From the NCBI GenBank assembly GCA_036785375.1, contig JAWMAR010000104.1, forward strand, positions 4,588,001 to 4,652,000: DNA of 64,000 nt, given 5' to 3'. Origin of the DNA: Leucoraja ocellata. Its lineage: Eukaryota. How positions within the stretch are numbered: position 1 is the stretch's first letter; each line of letters begins with the position of its first letter. Below are positions 9,672 through 20,610 of the stretch, in pieces. The notes under the pieces are model-generated. The model made no database searches and was not told the DNA's origin. It saw only the letters and a program-made list of their open reading frames with translations. A program made the translations under genes and the position numbers.

Positions 9672-12050
9672 TTAGGCCTGAGACGTGGGAGCGCCGCATG
9701 GCTTCAAGAAGAGGAAATCACTTTTCGCTGACTCTGGAGACAGGCAGACCGAATATTGATGCGGTTCCGGCACGCGGACCACCCGGCCCGTCCCGGGATA
9801 GCGTAAAGTTTCCTCCATGATAGGTCTTCCATTAAGCGTGCCGTGCAAGTCTCCACGATTGTAACAATAATTGGGGGTGTTGTACCCTTGGATAATACTT
9901 CTGTCCTGTTTACACTTGATGCCAATCAACAGAACTATGATCAGAAGAAAGACAACGGAAGTGCAACTGAAAATGATGATTAAGTAAACATTTGGATCAG
10001 CGAAATATTCTGGATTTTTCATCAAGGTGCTGCTTTCGGTGATTCCTTCAGTACTGTTCTCCAAAACTCGAATGTTCATTGTAACTGTACTGGACAGGCT
10101 TGGCTGCCCATTGTCCTTCACCAAGATGACCAGAGTTTGTAAAGGATTATCGGACTGCAAAATATTCCGCTCTGTTCTGATTTCTCCGGAATTTTGCCCA
10201 ACGTTGAACAAAGTGGCATCGGTAGATTTCGTCATCTGGTAAAAGAGCCGCGAGTTCTGACCAGAATCTGCATCGGTTGCCATTATTGTGGTAACCAAGT
10301 ATCCTTGACGCGCTGACTGGGGCACGACCTCCGCTGCTGCTGATCCACTCTCTTCTGAAGGTGAAACAATTACCGGCGCATTGTCATTTTGATCCAGGAT
10401 TATCACATTCACTGTGGCGCTGCTGCTTAATGGAGGCACCCCGGCGTCACGGGCTTGTACTTTGATTTGGAAGTTTTTGAAATTCTCATAATCAAAGGAA
10501 CGCAGCGCGTAAATCGTTCCGTTTACGGGGTTGATGGTCAGGTAAGTGGATACCGGCAGGTTTTGGATGTGATTGTTCACAAAAGAGTAAGAAATATAGG
10601 CATTCTGCTCCTGATCATCATCTAGTGCAGTTAATGCGAAAATGGATGCAACTGGAGCGTTATTCTCCATCACATAGACATTGTAGGAGGATGCAGCAAA
10701 CCGCGGGGCGTTGTCGTTTACATCGGTGATAGCAATTCGGATGGTTTTATTAGATGTCAGTGAAGGCGACCCCAAGTCCCATGCCGTAATTACTAATATA
10801 TATTCAGAAATCACTTCACGGTCCAACGTTTCACTGGTAACCAATTTCGATGGTGTTTCTATTCTAAATGGGACGTTCTTGGGTATCTCGCAGTGGAATT
10901 GGCCGTTCTCGCCAGAATCACGGTCAATAATATCAATGAACGTTATGAATGTTCCTGGTGGAGCATTTTCCGGAATTTTGTTGGAAGCTGATGTCACCTT
11001 AATCTCGGGTGCGTTATCGTTCACGTCAATGACTTTGATCAGCACATTTGCGTGTCCAGTAATTGCAGGTGAACCGTGGTCCACAGCTTGAATATCTAGA
11101 GAATAACTAGTTGCTTTTTCAAAATCCAGCGGTCCTTCTACACGGATCTCCCCACTATCTGGGTCTAAACTGAACAAATTACGCGCTCTTCGCAAAGCAA
11201 CATCACTAAAAGTGTACGTTAGCTCCGCATTCATTCCTTCGTCCGCGTCATTTGCATTGACTTTCATCACTATGGCACCTTGCCGAGCGTTCTCACTTAA
11301 GCTGCTCCTGTAAATATCATGATCGAACACTGGTGGATTATCATTAATGTCCAATACAGTAATGAGAACCTGAGCTGTGCCTGATCTCTGAGGTATCCCA
11401 CCGTCAACCGCTGTAAGCAAGAGTTGATATGATGATTGGACTTCGCGGTCTAAATATTTCTCTAACAGTAACTCGGCTACCATAATACCATCTTCTGTTG
11501 TATGCGTTTTTAGACTAAAGTGCTCATTGGAACTGATTGTGTAGGCGGTGACGGTATTTATTCCAATATCGGGATCTTCCGCGCTCTCAAGACGGAAACG
11601 TACTCCGGGTGCAATCGCTTCAGATATCTGCAAGGCGATGTTTCCGTCTCCGAAATTCGGAGGATTATCATTGATATCGATAATCTCTACTTCCCCGCGG
11701 TACACCTCCAAAGGATTTTCTAGTGTTGTTTTAAAATATATGGTACACACGTCTGCATGCCTACAAATACGTTCCCTGTCGATTCTTTCACGAATAGATA
11801 ATACCCCATTGTCTGAACCAACCTTCATGTACCGTCCTCCATCATCAGAGCTGAGTCGCAACTTGCGAGCCGACAATTGCCGTACGTTCAGACCCAGATC
11901 TAGAGCGATATTTCCAACAATAGCGCCTTCTTCCATTTCTTCGTGAATAGAATAGCGAAGTTGCCCAGTAATTAGATCCGGTGCACATACCAGTAACATA
12001 CACGCAAACACATTGCAGGCAAACCTCGTTTTTTGGCTTTTGTACGCCAT
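9672..12050 (-). CDS. Clustered protocadherin, 792 aa, intact
   Basis: Signal peptide, six cadherin repeats (DxNDNxP, LDRE/LDFE, DxD), TM segment VYLIIIFSCTSVVFLLIIVLLIGI, tail ending YSVCLSPESAKSDFLFLKPCGAPTSQA*. Confidence 0.97.
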   Translation of the reverse strand: MAYKSQKTRFACNVFACMLLVCAPDLITGQLRYSIHEEMEEGAIVGNIALDLGLNVRQLSARKLRLSSDDGGRYMKVGSDNGVLSIRERIDRERICRHADVCTIYFKTTLENPLEVYRGEVEIIDINDNPPNFGDGNIALQISEAIAPGVRFRLESAEDPDIGINTVTAYTISSNEHFSLKTHTTEDGIMVAELLLEKYLDREVQSSYQLLLTAVDGGIPQRSGTAQVLITVLDINDNPPVFDHDIYRSSLSENARQGAIVMKVNANDADEGMNAELTYTFSDVALRRARNLFSLDPDSGEIRVEGPLDFEKATSYSLDIQAVDHGSPAITGHANVLIKVIDVNDNAPEIKVTSASNKIPENAPPGTFITFIDIIDRDSGENGQFHCEIPKNVPFRIETPSKLVTSETLDREVISEYILVITAWDLGSPSLTSNKTIRIAITDVNDNAPRFAASSYNVYVMENNAPVASIFALTALDDDQEQNAYISYSFVNNHIQNLPVSTYLTINPVNGTIYALRSFDYENFKNFQIKVQARDAGVPPLSSSATVNVIILDQNDNAPVIVSPSEESGSAAAEVVPQSARQGYLVTTIMATDADSGQNSRLFYQMTKSTDATLFNVGQNSGEIRTERNILQSDNPLQTLVILVKDNGQPSLSSTVTMNIRVLENSTEGITESSTLMKNPEYFADPNVYLIIIFSCTSVVFLLIIVLLIGIKCKQDRSIIQGYNTPNYCYNRGDLHGTLNGRPIMEETLRYPGTGRVVRVPEPHQYSVCLSPESAKSDFLFLKPCGAPTSQA

Positions 12051-12295
12051 TGTTCCGCAGTCAGCTAATGTCCAAAACCACGCCTCTCCTCGGGTGATCC
12101 GTAAAAAATGTTCTTACCACAAGATAAAGAAAATCACATATCCTGAAAGCCGTAAAGAAACACACGGTAAATCTATCCTTCTCTGCTTTATTCTGCCACC
12201 AAAACACGGCCACTGCTCGCCTTTCTCGTCGCGTCTGACGTTTTTATTCTGGGCAGTGGGAGGGGCAATGGATCCATCTGTGCACTGGAGCTTCT

Positions 12296-12339
12296 TATTG
12301 GTAGACAGCGACACGACCAGTTCGTTTCAATAACTACAG
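12296..12339 (-). promoter_or_regulatory. Protocadherin CSE
   Basis: CTGTAGTTA-N10-CTGGTCGTGTCGCTGTCTACCAATA, ~246 bp upstream of ATG 12050. Confidence 0.85.
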
Positions 12340-15020
12340 TTGTAATTCTTAAAGCTGGACTGATCCCCTAAATATTTAACGGTCTACAACCATAACCCCC
12401 AATTCCTGCAAATAACGGTTCGATTTGTTTTCAGCATTTAACTTTGGTAGTCAAAGCAGACACGCACGGAGTGCATTGTGACCTGAAAATCCTTGATACT
12501 ATCTGAAAGGATCCATTCACTCAAAACATGAACAACTTTTTTCTGTGCTTCTGAGAATGAATACATAATATTTGATTAAAATATTATGTGGAAACACTCT
12601 CTACATCATATGTTGGCCTCTGGCAATTGCAATTAAGATTTGAAACGAAATATATTTATTTTGAAACTTCGTACAATTTTGTTCTTCACTGCTGGGGTCC
12701 ATTAATGAAAGTTGCTGCAATCTAAAACTAAATACACGGTGCTACAGGAAGGCAGTGGGGGACGCAGCACCTGCAATCAATCGAATAAGGGGCCTGTACC
12801 GGATCGTTGACTGTCCATTTCCCCGACCCATTGCGTTCCTCCAATACTTTGTTTTGAGAGAGCTTTTTATTGCTTTATTGTAAGTATTTGAGGAGATTCT
12901 TTGTAGTGTCACATTTCTTAAAGAATTGTAGTGCCACTTTTCTTAAAGCTGGATTTAGTGAACATGTCGCTTTCAACGGTACCAACTGGTGAAGGAATTT
13001 TGTCTTTCAAGTAAGGTGTTCATGGGGAAAGATTAGTCAGCTCCAAATCAAATAGAGTTGATTGTCGGGTGCATTTTTTACCATCACAAATCAGAAAGTA
13101 AATTTGGATTGATTCTGTCAGGAGTGTCTGCATTTGTGTGCGCGTTTTAATTCAGAGAATCAGGCTGATAGAATGGGAAGACTCGTACAAAGGTGTCAGT
13201 GGGAGGTTGAGCACAGGAAAATTGGACAATTTGTGTATTCCTATTTACTTTGTGCCCCTTTGTTTCATTGTGCACTTCTTCCAAACATCCCCTTCGTGCA
13301 ATTTACATATAAGCGGCTCATTGCCGCATTGATCCTCAGAGGTTGTGTATTGTATTAGTTATACCACTAGATGTGGGCGTTCTATCGAAATCACTTCGGT
13401 TGCAGAACGGCACAGAATATGATTCAAGACTCTATTGACCCATGTATGAAATCTCATCTACGAAGAAAAAAAAACACAAATGGCTTCAAACAATCACCAG
13501 GTCACAGATTATATGAGGAAAGAGAACAATTAAATGGTCAGTCTGGGCCCTTCTTCAGAATTGCAAACCAATGAATATGTTTTAGTTTTCAATAGCAGTG
13601 TGAATGGGGAATTAAGGATAGAACATACTAATATCTTTCAGAAATTTAAACTAAATGGCATTCGCAGCGGCAAGGATAGCAGTTGGGACAAGATTATACT
13701 AAATTGCTTCTACTGTAGGTTGCATGACGTTTCTGATTTGTGAGCTCTACAGACACACGATAATGAGTGAGAGGCAAGGTATTGCTGAGAGTTGAAGGAA
13801 ATAAGGATATTTTGGGGCTATATGAAAATAGTTCTTTAAAAATGGGAGCTAGTGGTGACATTTGCATATGGCACGTTTGCGCTCATCAGCGAAGGTTGGG
13901 AATAAAATAGTTGAGATATCCTGTTATGGCTGAACAAATCACTGCTTTGGCCGCATTTGAAGTATTGTGCACAGTTCTGGTCTGAACGTCATTGGTAGGC
14001 GAGCTGGAACTCCTAATTACAATATTTTCAGTTACATTCCCATTCCAATGCAGTCTCTCTGTCCTCAGTTTACTCCATACGCAGAGGGAGGTCATATACA
14101 AACTGAAATACCGGCACCCTATATTCCGCTTGTGTGGCCTACAATCCAAAGGCCTGAACATGCATTGTTCCAACTGTTACCGTCTGCCCACCTCCTTCTC
14201 CTGCTGATCCACACGGGTCCTCACATTCACATCCTCTTCTACCCGTCGTACTGTTTCGCATGAGCCCTGCCTGCCCATACTTCTATAGTTTCTTTCGTAC
14301 ATTCCCTTCTTATCGGATTCCACCATCTCTTTCTCCTTTTTCATATCTTAACTCCCGCCTATGTGACCATCTCCATCCGTTGTTTTCCATCTGCCAGCCA
14401 AGTTTTCCTTTCCTGTATTCAACTTGCCGGCACTTGCCTCGCCATTTTCATTTACCGCTTTCTTCCAGCTAATACTTCCCTAGTCCAGATTGGAGGCATG
14501 GGGCAACCTGAAACGTTAGCTATCCATATCCCAGCTCACTTCGGGGCCCACCTGATGAGTTTCCCGCCTGATCATTTTATCTTTCAGCTTTCGCATCTTG
14601 TGTTTCTCATTCACTTTATATTTTCATTTCCGTCTTCTAAGTTTGTTATTTAGTTATTTGCTCTGTACCTATCAGCATTTCATATGGAATATGCTGACGT
14701 CGAATTCTTTATCGTATATTTTACTTTAGGCAAGTAAATGTATTTAGCATCCTTAATGTGATTGATCCAGCAGCAATGTATATATGTGTGTCGTTCCATA
14801 ATAAGCAATATCATTTGATCAGAGTTGACAGATACCTCTCAGACGATGGGCTTTATTTGCTAAAAGTTATATATTCGTTACCATGACAACAAATGCTCAC
14901 TTTAAATGAAATAGAAAACATGCACAACATTTTCTTAAATATTTCACTCACGAATTATTCATATGCCTCGAGAGTAAAATGACCACAAATAAGATGCGCC
15001 TTCCTTGAGCATACGCATCA

Positions 15021-17399
15021 TTAGGCCTGAGACGTGGGAGCGCCGCATGGCTTCAAGAAGAGGAAATCACTTTTCGCTGACTCTGGAGACAGGCAGACCG
15101 AGTATTGATGCGGCTCCGGCACGCGGACAACCCGGCCTGTCCCGGGATAGCGTAAAGTTTCCTCTATAGCAGGTCTTCCATTAAACGTGCCGTGCAACTC
15201 TCCACGATTGTAACAATAACTGGGGGTGTTATACCCTTGGATAATACTTCTGTCCTGTTTGCACTTGATGCCAATCAACAGAACGATAATCAGAAGAAAC
15301 ACAACGGAAGTGCAACTGAAAATTATGATAAAGTAAACATTTGGATCAGAGAAATATTCTGGATTCTTCACCAAAGCGCTGCTTTCGGTGATTCCTTCAG
15401 TGCTGTTCTCCAAAACTCGAATGTTCATTGTAACTGTACTGGACAGGCTTGGCTGCCCATTGTCCTTGACCAAGATGACCAGAGTCTGTAAACCATTATC
15501 GGACTGCAAAATGTTGCGACTAGTTCTGATTTCACCGGAAATCTTCCCAACGTTGAACAAAGTGGGATCGGTAGATTTCACCATCTGATGAAAGAGTCGT
15601 GAGTTCTGACCAGAATCTGCATCTGTAGCTATTATTTTGGTGACCAAATAACCTTGACCCGCTGATTGGGGCACGATCTCCGTTGCCACTGATCCACTCT
15701 GTTCTAAAGGCGAAACAATTACCGGCGCGTTGTCATTTTGATCCAGGATGATGACATTCACCGTGGCGCTGCTGCTTAACGGAGGCATCCCACCATCACG
15801 GGCTTGTACATTGATCTGGAAGTTCTTGAGTTCCTCATAGTCGAAAGAACGCAGCGCGTAAATAGTACCGTTCATTGGGTTAATAGACAGGTAAGTGGAT
15901 ACTGGCAGGTTTTGGATCCGATTGTCCCCAAAAGAGTAAGATATATAGGAATTCTGCTCCTGATCAGGATCTAGTGCAGTTAGTGCGAAAATTGATGTAC
16001 CCGGAGCACTATTCTCCGTCACATATACGTTGTAGGATGATTCAGAAAACCGCGGGGCGTTATCGTTTACATCGATTATTGCAATATGGATAGTTTTATT
16101 TGACGACAGTGAAGGCGATCCCAAGTCCCATGCTGAAATTGGTAATGTGTACTCAGAAATTACTTCACGGTCCAACGTTTCACTGGTAACCAATTTATAA
16201 TGGTTCGATGATGTTTGTAGTCTAAAGGGAACATTCTGAGGCAACTCGCAGCGGACTTGACCATTCACTCCAGAATCGCGATCAATAACATCAATGAACA
16301 TTATGAATGTTCCTGGTGGAGCATTTTCCGGGATTTTTGTGGAGGCTGATGTCAGCTTTATCTCGGGTGCATTATCATTCACGTCAGTTATTTTGATAAG
16401 CACATTTGCGTGTCCAGTAATTGGAGGTGAACCATTATCCATAGCTTGAATATCTAGAGAATAGCTAGTTGCTTCTTCAAAATCCAGCGGTCCTTCTACA
16501 CTGATCTCCCCACTATGTGGGTCTAATCTGAATAAATTACCCACTCTTCGCAAAGTAACATCACTAAAAGAGTACGTCAGCTCCGCGTTCAGACCTTCGT
16601 CCGCGTCATTTGCATTGACTTTCATCACAATGGCACCTTGCCGAGCGTTCTCACTTAAGCTGCCCCTGTAATTATCTCGATCGAACACTGGTGGATTATC
16701 ATTATTGTCCAATACAGTAATGAGAACTTGAGCTGTGCCTGATCTCTGAGGTATCCCACCGTCAGTCGCCGTAAGCAAGAGTTGATATGATGATTGGACT
16801 TCTCGGTCTAAATATTTCTCTAACAGTAACTCAGCTACCATAATACCATCTTCTTTTGTATGCGTTTTTAGACTAAAGTGCTCATTGGAACTGATTGTGT
16901 AGGCGGTGACGGTATTTATTCCAATATCGGGATCGTCCGCGCTCTCAAGGCGGAAACGTACTCCGGGTGCAATCGCTTCAGATATCTGCAAGACGATGCT
17001 TCCGTCATCGAAATTGGGAGGATTGTCATTTACATCGAGAATCTCTACTTCCCCGCGGTACACCTCCGGGGGATTTTCTAGTGTTGTTTTAAAATATATG
17101 GTACACATTTCGGTGTGCCTACAAATACCCTCCCTGTCGATTCTTTCACGAATAGATAATACCCCATTGTCTAAACCAACCTTCATGTACCGTCCACCGT
17201 CATCAGAGCCGAGTCGCAATTTGCGAGCTGATAATTGCCGCACGTTCAGACCCAGATCTTGTGCGATATTTCCAACAAAAGCGCCTTCTTCCATTTCCTC
17301 GGGAATAGAATAACGAAGTTGCCCGGTGATTAGATCCGGTGCACATACCAGTAACATACACGTAAACACATTGCAGGCAAACCTCGGTAGGTACGCCAT
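15021..17399 (-). CDS. Clustered protocadherin, 792 aa, intact
   Basis: Start set at the conserved ACAATGGCG (MAYLPRF) rather than the upstream non-ATG start in the ORF track. Six EC repeats, TM and tail. Confidence 0.97.
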   Translation of the reverse strand: MAYLPRFACNVFTCMLLVCAPDLITGQLRYSIPEEMEEGAFVGNIAQDLGLNVRQLSARKLRLGSDDGGRYMKVGLDNGVLSIRERIDREGICRHTEMCTIYFKTTLENPPEVYRGEVEILDVNDNPPNFDDGSIVLQISEAIAPGVRFRLESADDPDIGINTVTAYTISSNEHFSLKTHTKEDGIMVAELLLEKYLDREVQSSYQLLLTATDGGIPQRSGTAQVLITVLDNNDNPPVFDRDNYRGSLSENARQGAIVMKVNANDADEGLNAELTYSFSDVTLRRVGNLFRLDPHSGEISVEGPLDFEEATSYSLDIQAMDNGSPPITGHANVLIKITDVNDNAPEIKLTSASTKIPENAPPGTFIMFIDVIDRDSGVNGQVRCELPQNVPFRLQTSSNHYKLVTSETLDREVISEYTLPISAWDLGSPSLSSNKTIHIAIIDVNDNAPRFSESSYNVYVTENSAPGTSIFALTALDPDQEQNSYISYSFGDNRIQNLPVSTYLSINPMNGTIYALRSFDYEELKNFQINVQARDGGMPPLSSSATVNVIILDQNDNAPVIVSPLEQSGSVATEIVPQSAGQGYLVTKIIATDADSGQNSRLFHQMVKSTDPTLFNVGKISGEIRTSRNILQSDNGLQTLVILVKDNGQPSLSSTVTMNIRVLENSTEGITESSALVKNPEYFSDPNVYFIIIFSCTSVVFLLIIVLLIGIKCKQDRSIIQGYNTPSYCYNRGELHGTFNGRPAIEETLRYPGTGRVVRVPEPHQYSVCLSPESAKSDFLFLKPCGAPTSQA

Positions 17400-17645
17400 T
17401 GTTCCGTAGTCAGCGAATGTCCAAAACCAAGCCTCTCTTCGGGTAATCCGTAAAAAAATTCTTATTACAAGATAATGTAAGTCATATATATTCTGAAAGC
17501 CGTAAGGAAACACACTGTAAATCTATCTTCCCCAGCTTGATCCCACCATCAAAACGCAGGCACTGCTCGCCTTTCTCGTCGCGTCTGACGTTTTTGTTCT
17601 GGGCAGTGGGAGGGGCAATGGATCCATCTGTGCACTTGAGCTTCT

Positions 17646-17689
17646 CATTGGTAGACAGCGACACGACCAGTTCTTTTTAATAACTACAG
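17646..17689 (-). promoter_or_regulatory. Protocadherin CSE
   Basis: GTGTCGCTGTCTACCAATG core with upstream TGTAG module, 10-nt spacer. Confidence 0.85.
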
Positions 17690-19530
17690 TTGCAATTCTT
17701 AAAGCTGGACTGTTCCCCAAAATATTTAACTGTGAAAAACCATAAACGCTAATTCCTGCAAATAACGGGTTGATTTGTTTTCCGCGTTGAACCTAGAAAG
17801 TCAAAGCAGACATGTTTTGGTGGCATTGTGACCTGAAAATGCTTCATACCATCTGAATAGATCCATTCACTCAAAAAATGTACAGATAGGTTGCATCATT
17901 ACATCTGGGATCCAATATACCAGACGGAAAAATACTCCCTACAACATGAGCCAGAGTCTGGCAATTGCCGTTAAGAATTGAATCAAAATATATTTATTTG
18001 GAAACTTCGTAAGTTTTTGTTCTTCGCTGCTGGGGTCTATTAATGGAAACATAAGAAATTGCCGTCGCATTAATCTTAAGCAAAATACACAGTGCTGGAG
18101 GAAAGCATGGTGCGCAGCATCTGCAATATATCGGAAAAGCGTCCTGGACACGATACGTTGACTGTCCATTTCTCCGACAGATGCTGCCAGATCCGTTGCG
18201 TTCCTCCAATACTTTGTGCTTTGTTAGAGTTCCATATTGTTCTTGCACTACTAAACAGGCAGCAATGCATATTTGAGGAGATATTATTATAAAGCTACGA
18301 ATTCATTACAAGCGAACACGAAGAACTAGATGACGGTATTAGAAATAGAATGCAAGCAAAGAAGTATAATCCTTTTTTGGGGGGTGATTGACTGATAATC
18401 CTGGACATGAGCCCCAGCAAGTTTTTAGTTGCTGAATTAAGTTTAAACTTAGTATTAGTTATACCACAAGATGTGGATGCTCTTTCGAAATCACTTCGGT
18501 TGCAGAAAGACACAGAACCAGCTTCAAGCCTCAATTGACCCAAGTATTAAATATCATCAATAAGGGAAAACAACACAAAAAGCTGCAAACATTCATCAGG
18601 TCAACGATTATCTAAGGAAAGAGATCAATTAAATAATCAGGCCTGGGCCCCTTCGTCGGAATTGCCAACCATTGAAAATAAGTTTGTTTTCATTAGTAGT
18701 GTGAATGGGAAGTGGGGGATAGAAAATACTAATATCTTTCAGAAGTTTAAACCAAATGCGTATTCGCAGCGGCAGGGTGGCATTTACGATAAGATTATAC
18801 TTCGTCGTTTCTGATGTACTTTGCACGACAATTCTCATTTGTGAGCCCTGTAGACATACGACAATCAGTGTGTGGCAAAGTCTTGCACGGAATTCGAGGA
18901 CCTAAGGATATTTTCGGGGTATAAAAATTAGTTATTTATAAATGGGGAGCACGGGTAAGCAGGGTGGTCACGTTCGCATGTGGCACCCTTGCCCTCATTG
19001 GCCTAGGTGCGCAGCAAAATAGTTCAGATATCGTGCAACGGCTGAACAAAATATTGCTTCGGCCTCATTTGAATGATTGTGCACAATTCTGGTCTGAGCG
19101 ACATAGGAATTATGTGATTAAGCAAGGGAAGGTGCAGGAAAGATTACAAGGTATGTGGCCTCAATTGGATGGCTGATGAAACGATCACTTCGCCAAACAG
19201 TTGTAGTTAGACCACCAGAGCCAACTGGAACTCCTGATTACAACATCTTCAATTCACATTCCAATGCAGATCTCTCTGTCCTCATTTTTTCTCCATACTC
19301 AGAGAGGCCACATACAAACTGAAATACAAGCACCCATATCTTGAGCTTGCGTGGTCTACAACCCAAAGGCATGAACGTTGAATTTTTCAAGTATAGATTA
19401 CCGTCCATCCACCACCTTCTCCTGTGGATCTACACGGCTGCTCTCGCATACATATTTTATTTCCTCTCCTCGTCTACTCGTCTTTCAGATCTTCCAGATC
19501 TTCCTTCTGCTCGTCATCCACCACTGCATC

Positions 19531-19820
19531 CCGGCAAGAGGGCCTGAAAACATCGGACTGGCTGAGGAGGCCACAAATAGGCCCCGACCTCGGTTGGACT
19601 ATGAGGAAGAGGAGAACTGGACTTTTTGGTGCCTCCCCTCACTGTGGTTTCTGCTGTGGGGAGACGTTTCATTTTAAATCCTATAGTTTGCTGTGTCTTT
19701 TTTCTTTTTTCTTTCATATGGATGTATGGAAATATAATTTATTCTCTGAAAAGCACTTTGACTTCAACGTGATTTGATTTAAAAGTGCTATATAAATAAA
19801 AAATACTTACTTACTTACTT
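19531..19820 (+). mobile_element. LINE 3' end (L2-like) with (TTAC)n tail
   Basis: AAAGCACTTTG...AAAAGTGCTATATAAATAAA followed by TACTTACTTACTTACT. Absent from paralogous positions. Family assignment is by resemblance only. Confidence 0.55.
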
Positions 19821-20610
19821 ACTATAACAACCCCCAGCCTCTGCATACAACCACCCAGGAACCCTGCTTGCCTATACTTCTATATATATGTTTCTAATTT
19901 CCCCCTTCTTATCGGATTCCATCATCTCATTCTTTTTCACCTATTAACTCCCGCAATCCGTTGTTTTGCATCTGCCAACCAACGCTTTCCTTTGCTGGAT
20001 TCCACTTGCCTCACCACTTACGTTCACCTCTTTCTAACAGTTAATACTCCATTAGTCCAGATTGGAGGAAGAGTGTTTACCAGAAACGTTATCTGTCCAT
20101 ATCCAAGCTCAATTGGTGGCCCATTTGACGAGTTTCCAAACACTTCGTTTTATTTGGACAATATTTTAGGATCCGCAGTCTCTCGTAATTCTGGTTCATT
20201 TTATATTTTAATTCTCGTCATCTAAATTTGTTATTTAGTTACGTGCTCTGTTCATATCAGCGCTCCGCCTGGAATATGCTGTGGACGAACTTTTTTCGCG
20301 TGTATTTTAGTTTAAGCAAGTAAATGGATTCAGCATCCTTAATGTAATTGATCTTATAGCAGTGTATATTTGTCCGTCGTTCAATGATAGGCAATAAGAC
20401 ATTTTAGATTTGACAGATCCAACCCTCATTCGATTGGACTTTATTTACTGAAAGTTATATATTTTAACCATAACAACAAATGCACTATTTAAACGAAAGC
20501 GTAAAATTGGACCAAAATAATATTTTCCTAAATATTTCACTCACGAATGATTCACATTCCTTGATATTATAATGACCCCAAATAAGATACCCCTTCCAAG
20601 GGGTTACGCA

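Noticed and set aside
9642-9672. 9-bp hairpin AAGATGCGT/ACGCATCTT just after the stop codon
   Set aside because: Reduced to 6 bp in the next gene and lost in the others, with no compensatory changes.
10697-10713. AAACCGCGGGGCGTT in every exon as a possible exonic CTCF site
   Set aside because: It encodes the conserved NAPRF linker and matches the CTCF consensus poorly; it cannot be supported without ChIP data.
17400-17513. N-terminal extensions of Pcdh ORFs in the ORF track (also 22987-23088, 30049-30117, 36785-36853)
   Set aside because: They use non-ATG starts. The conserved ATG immediately before the signal peptide is the credible eukaryotic start.
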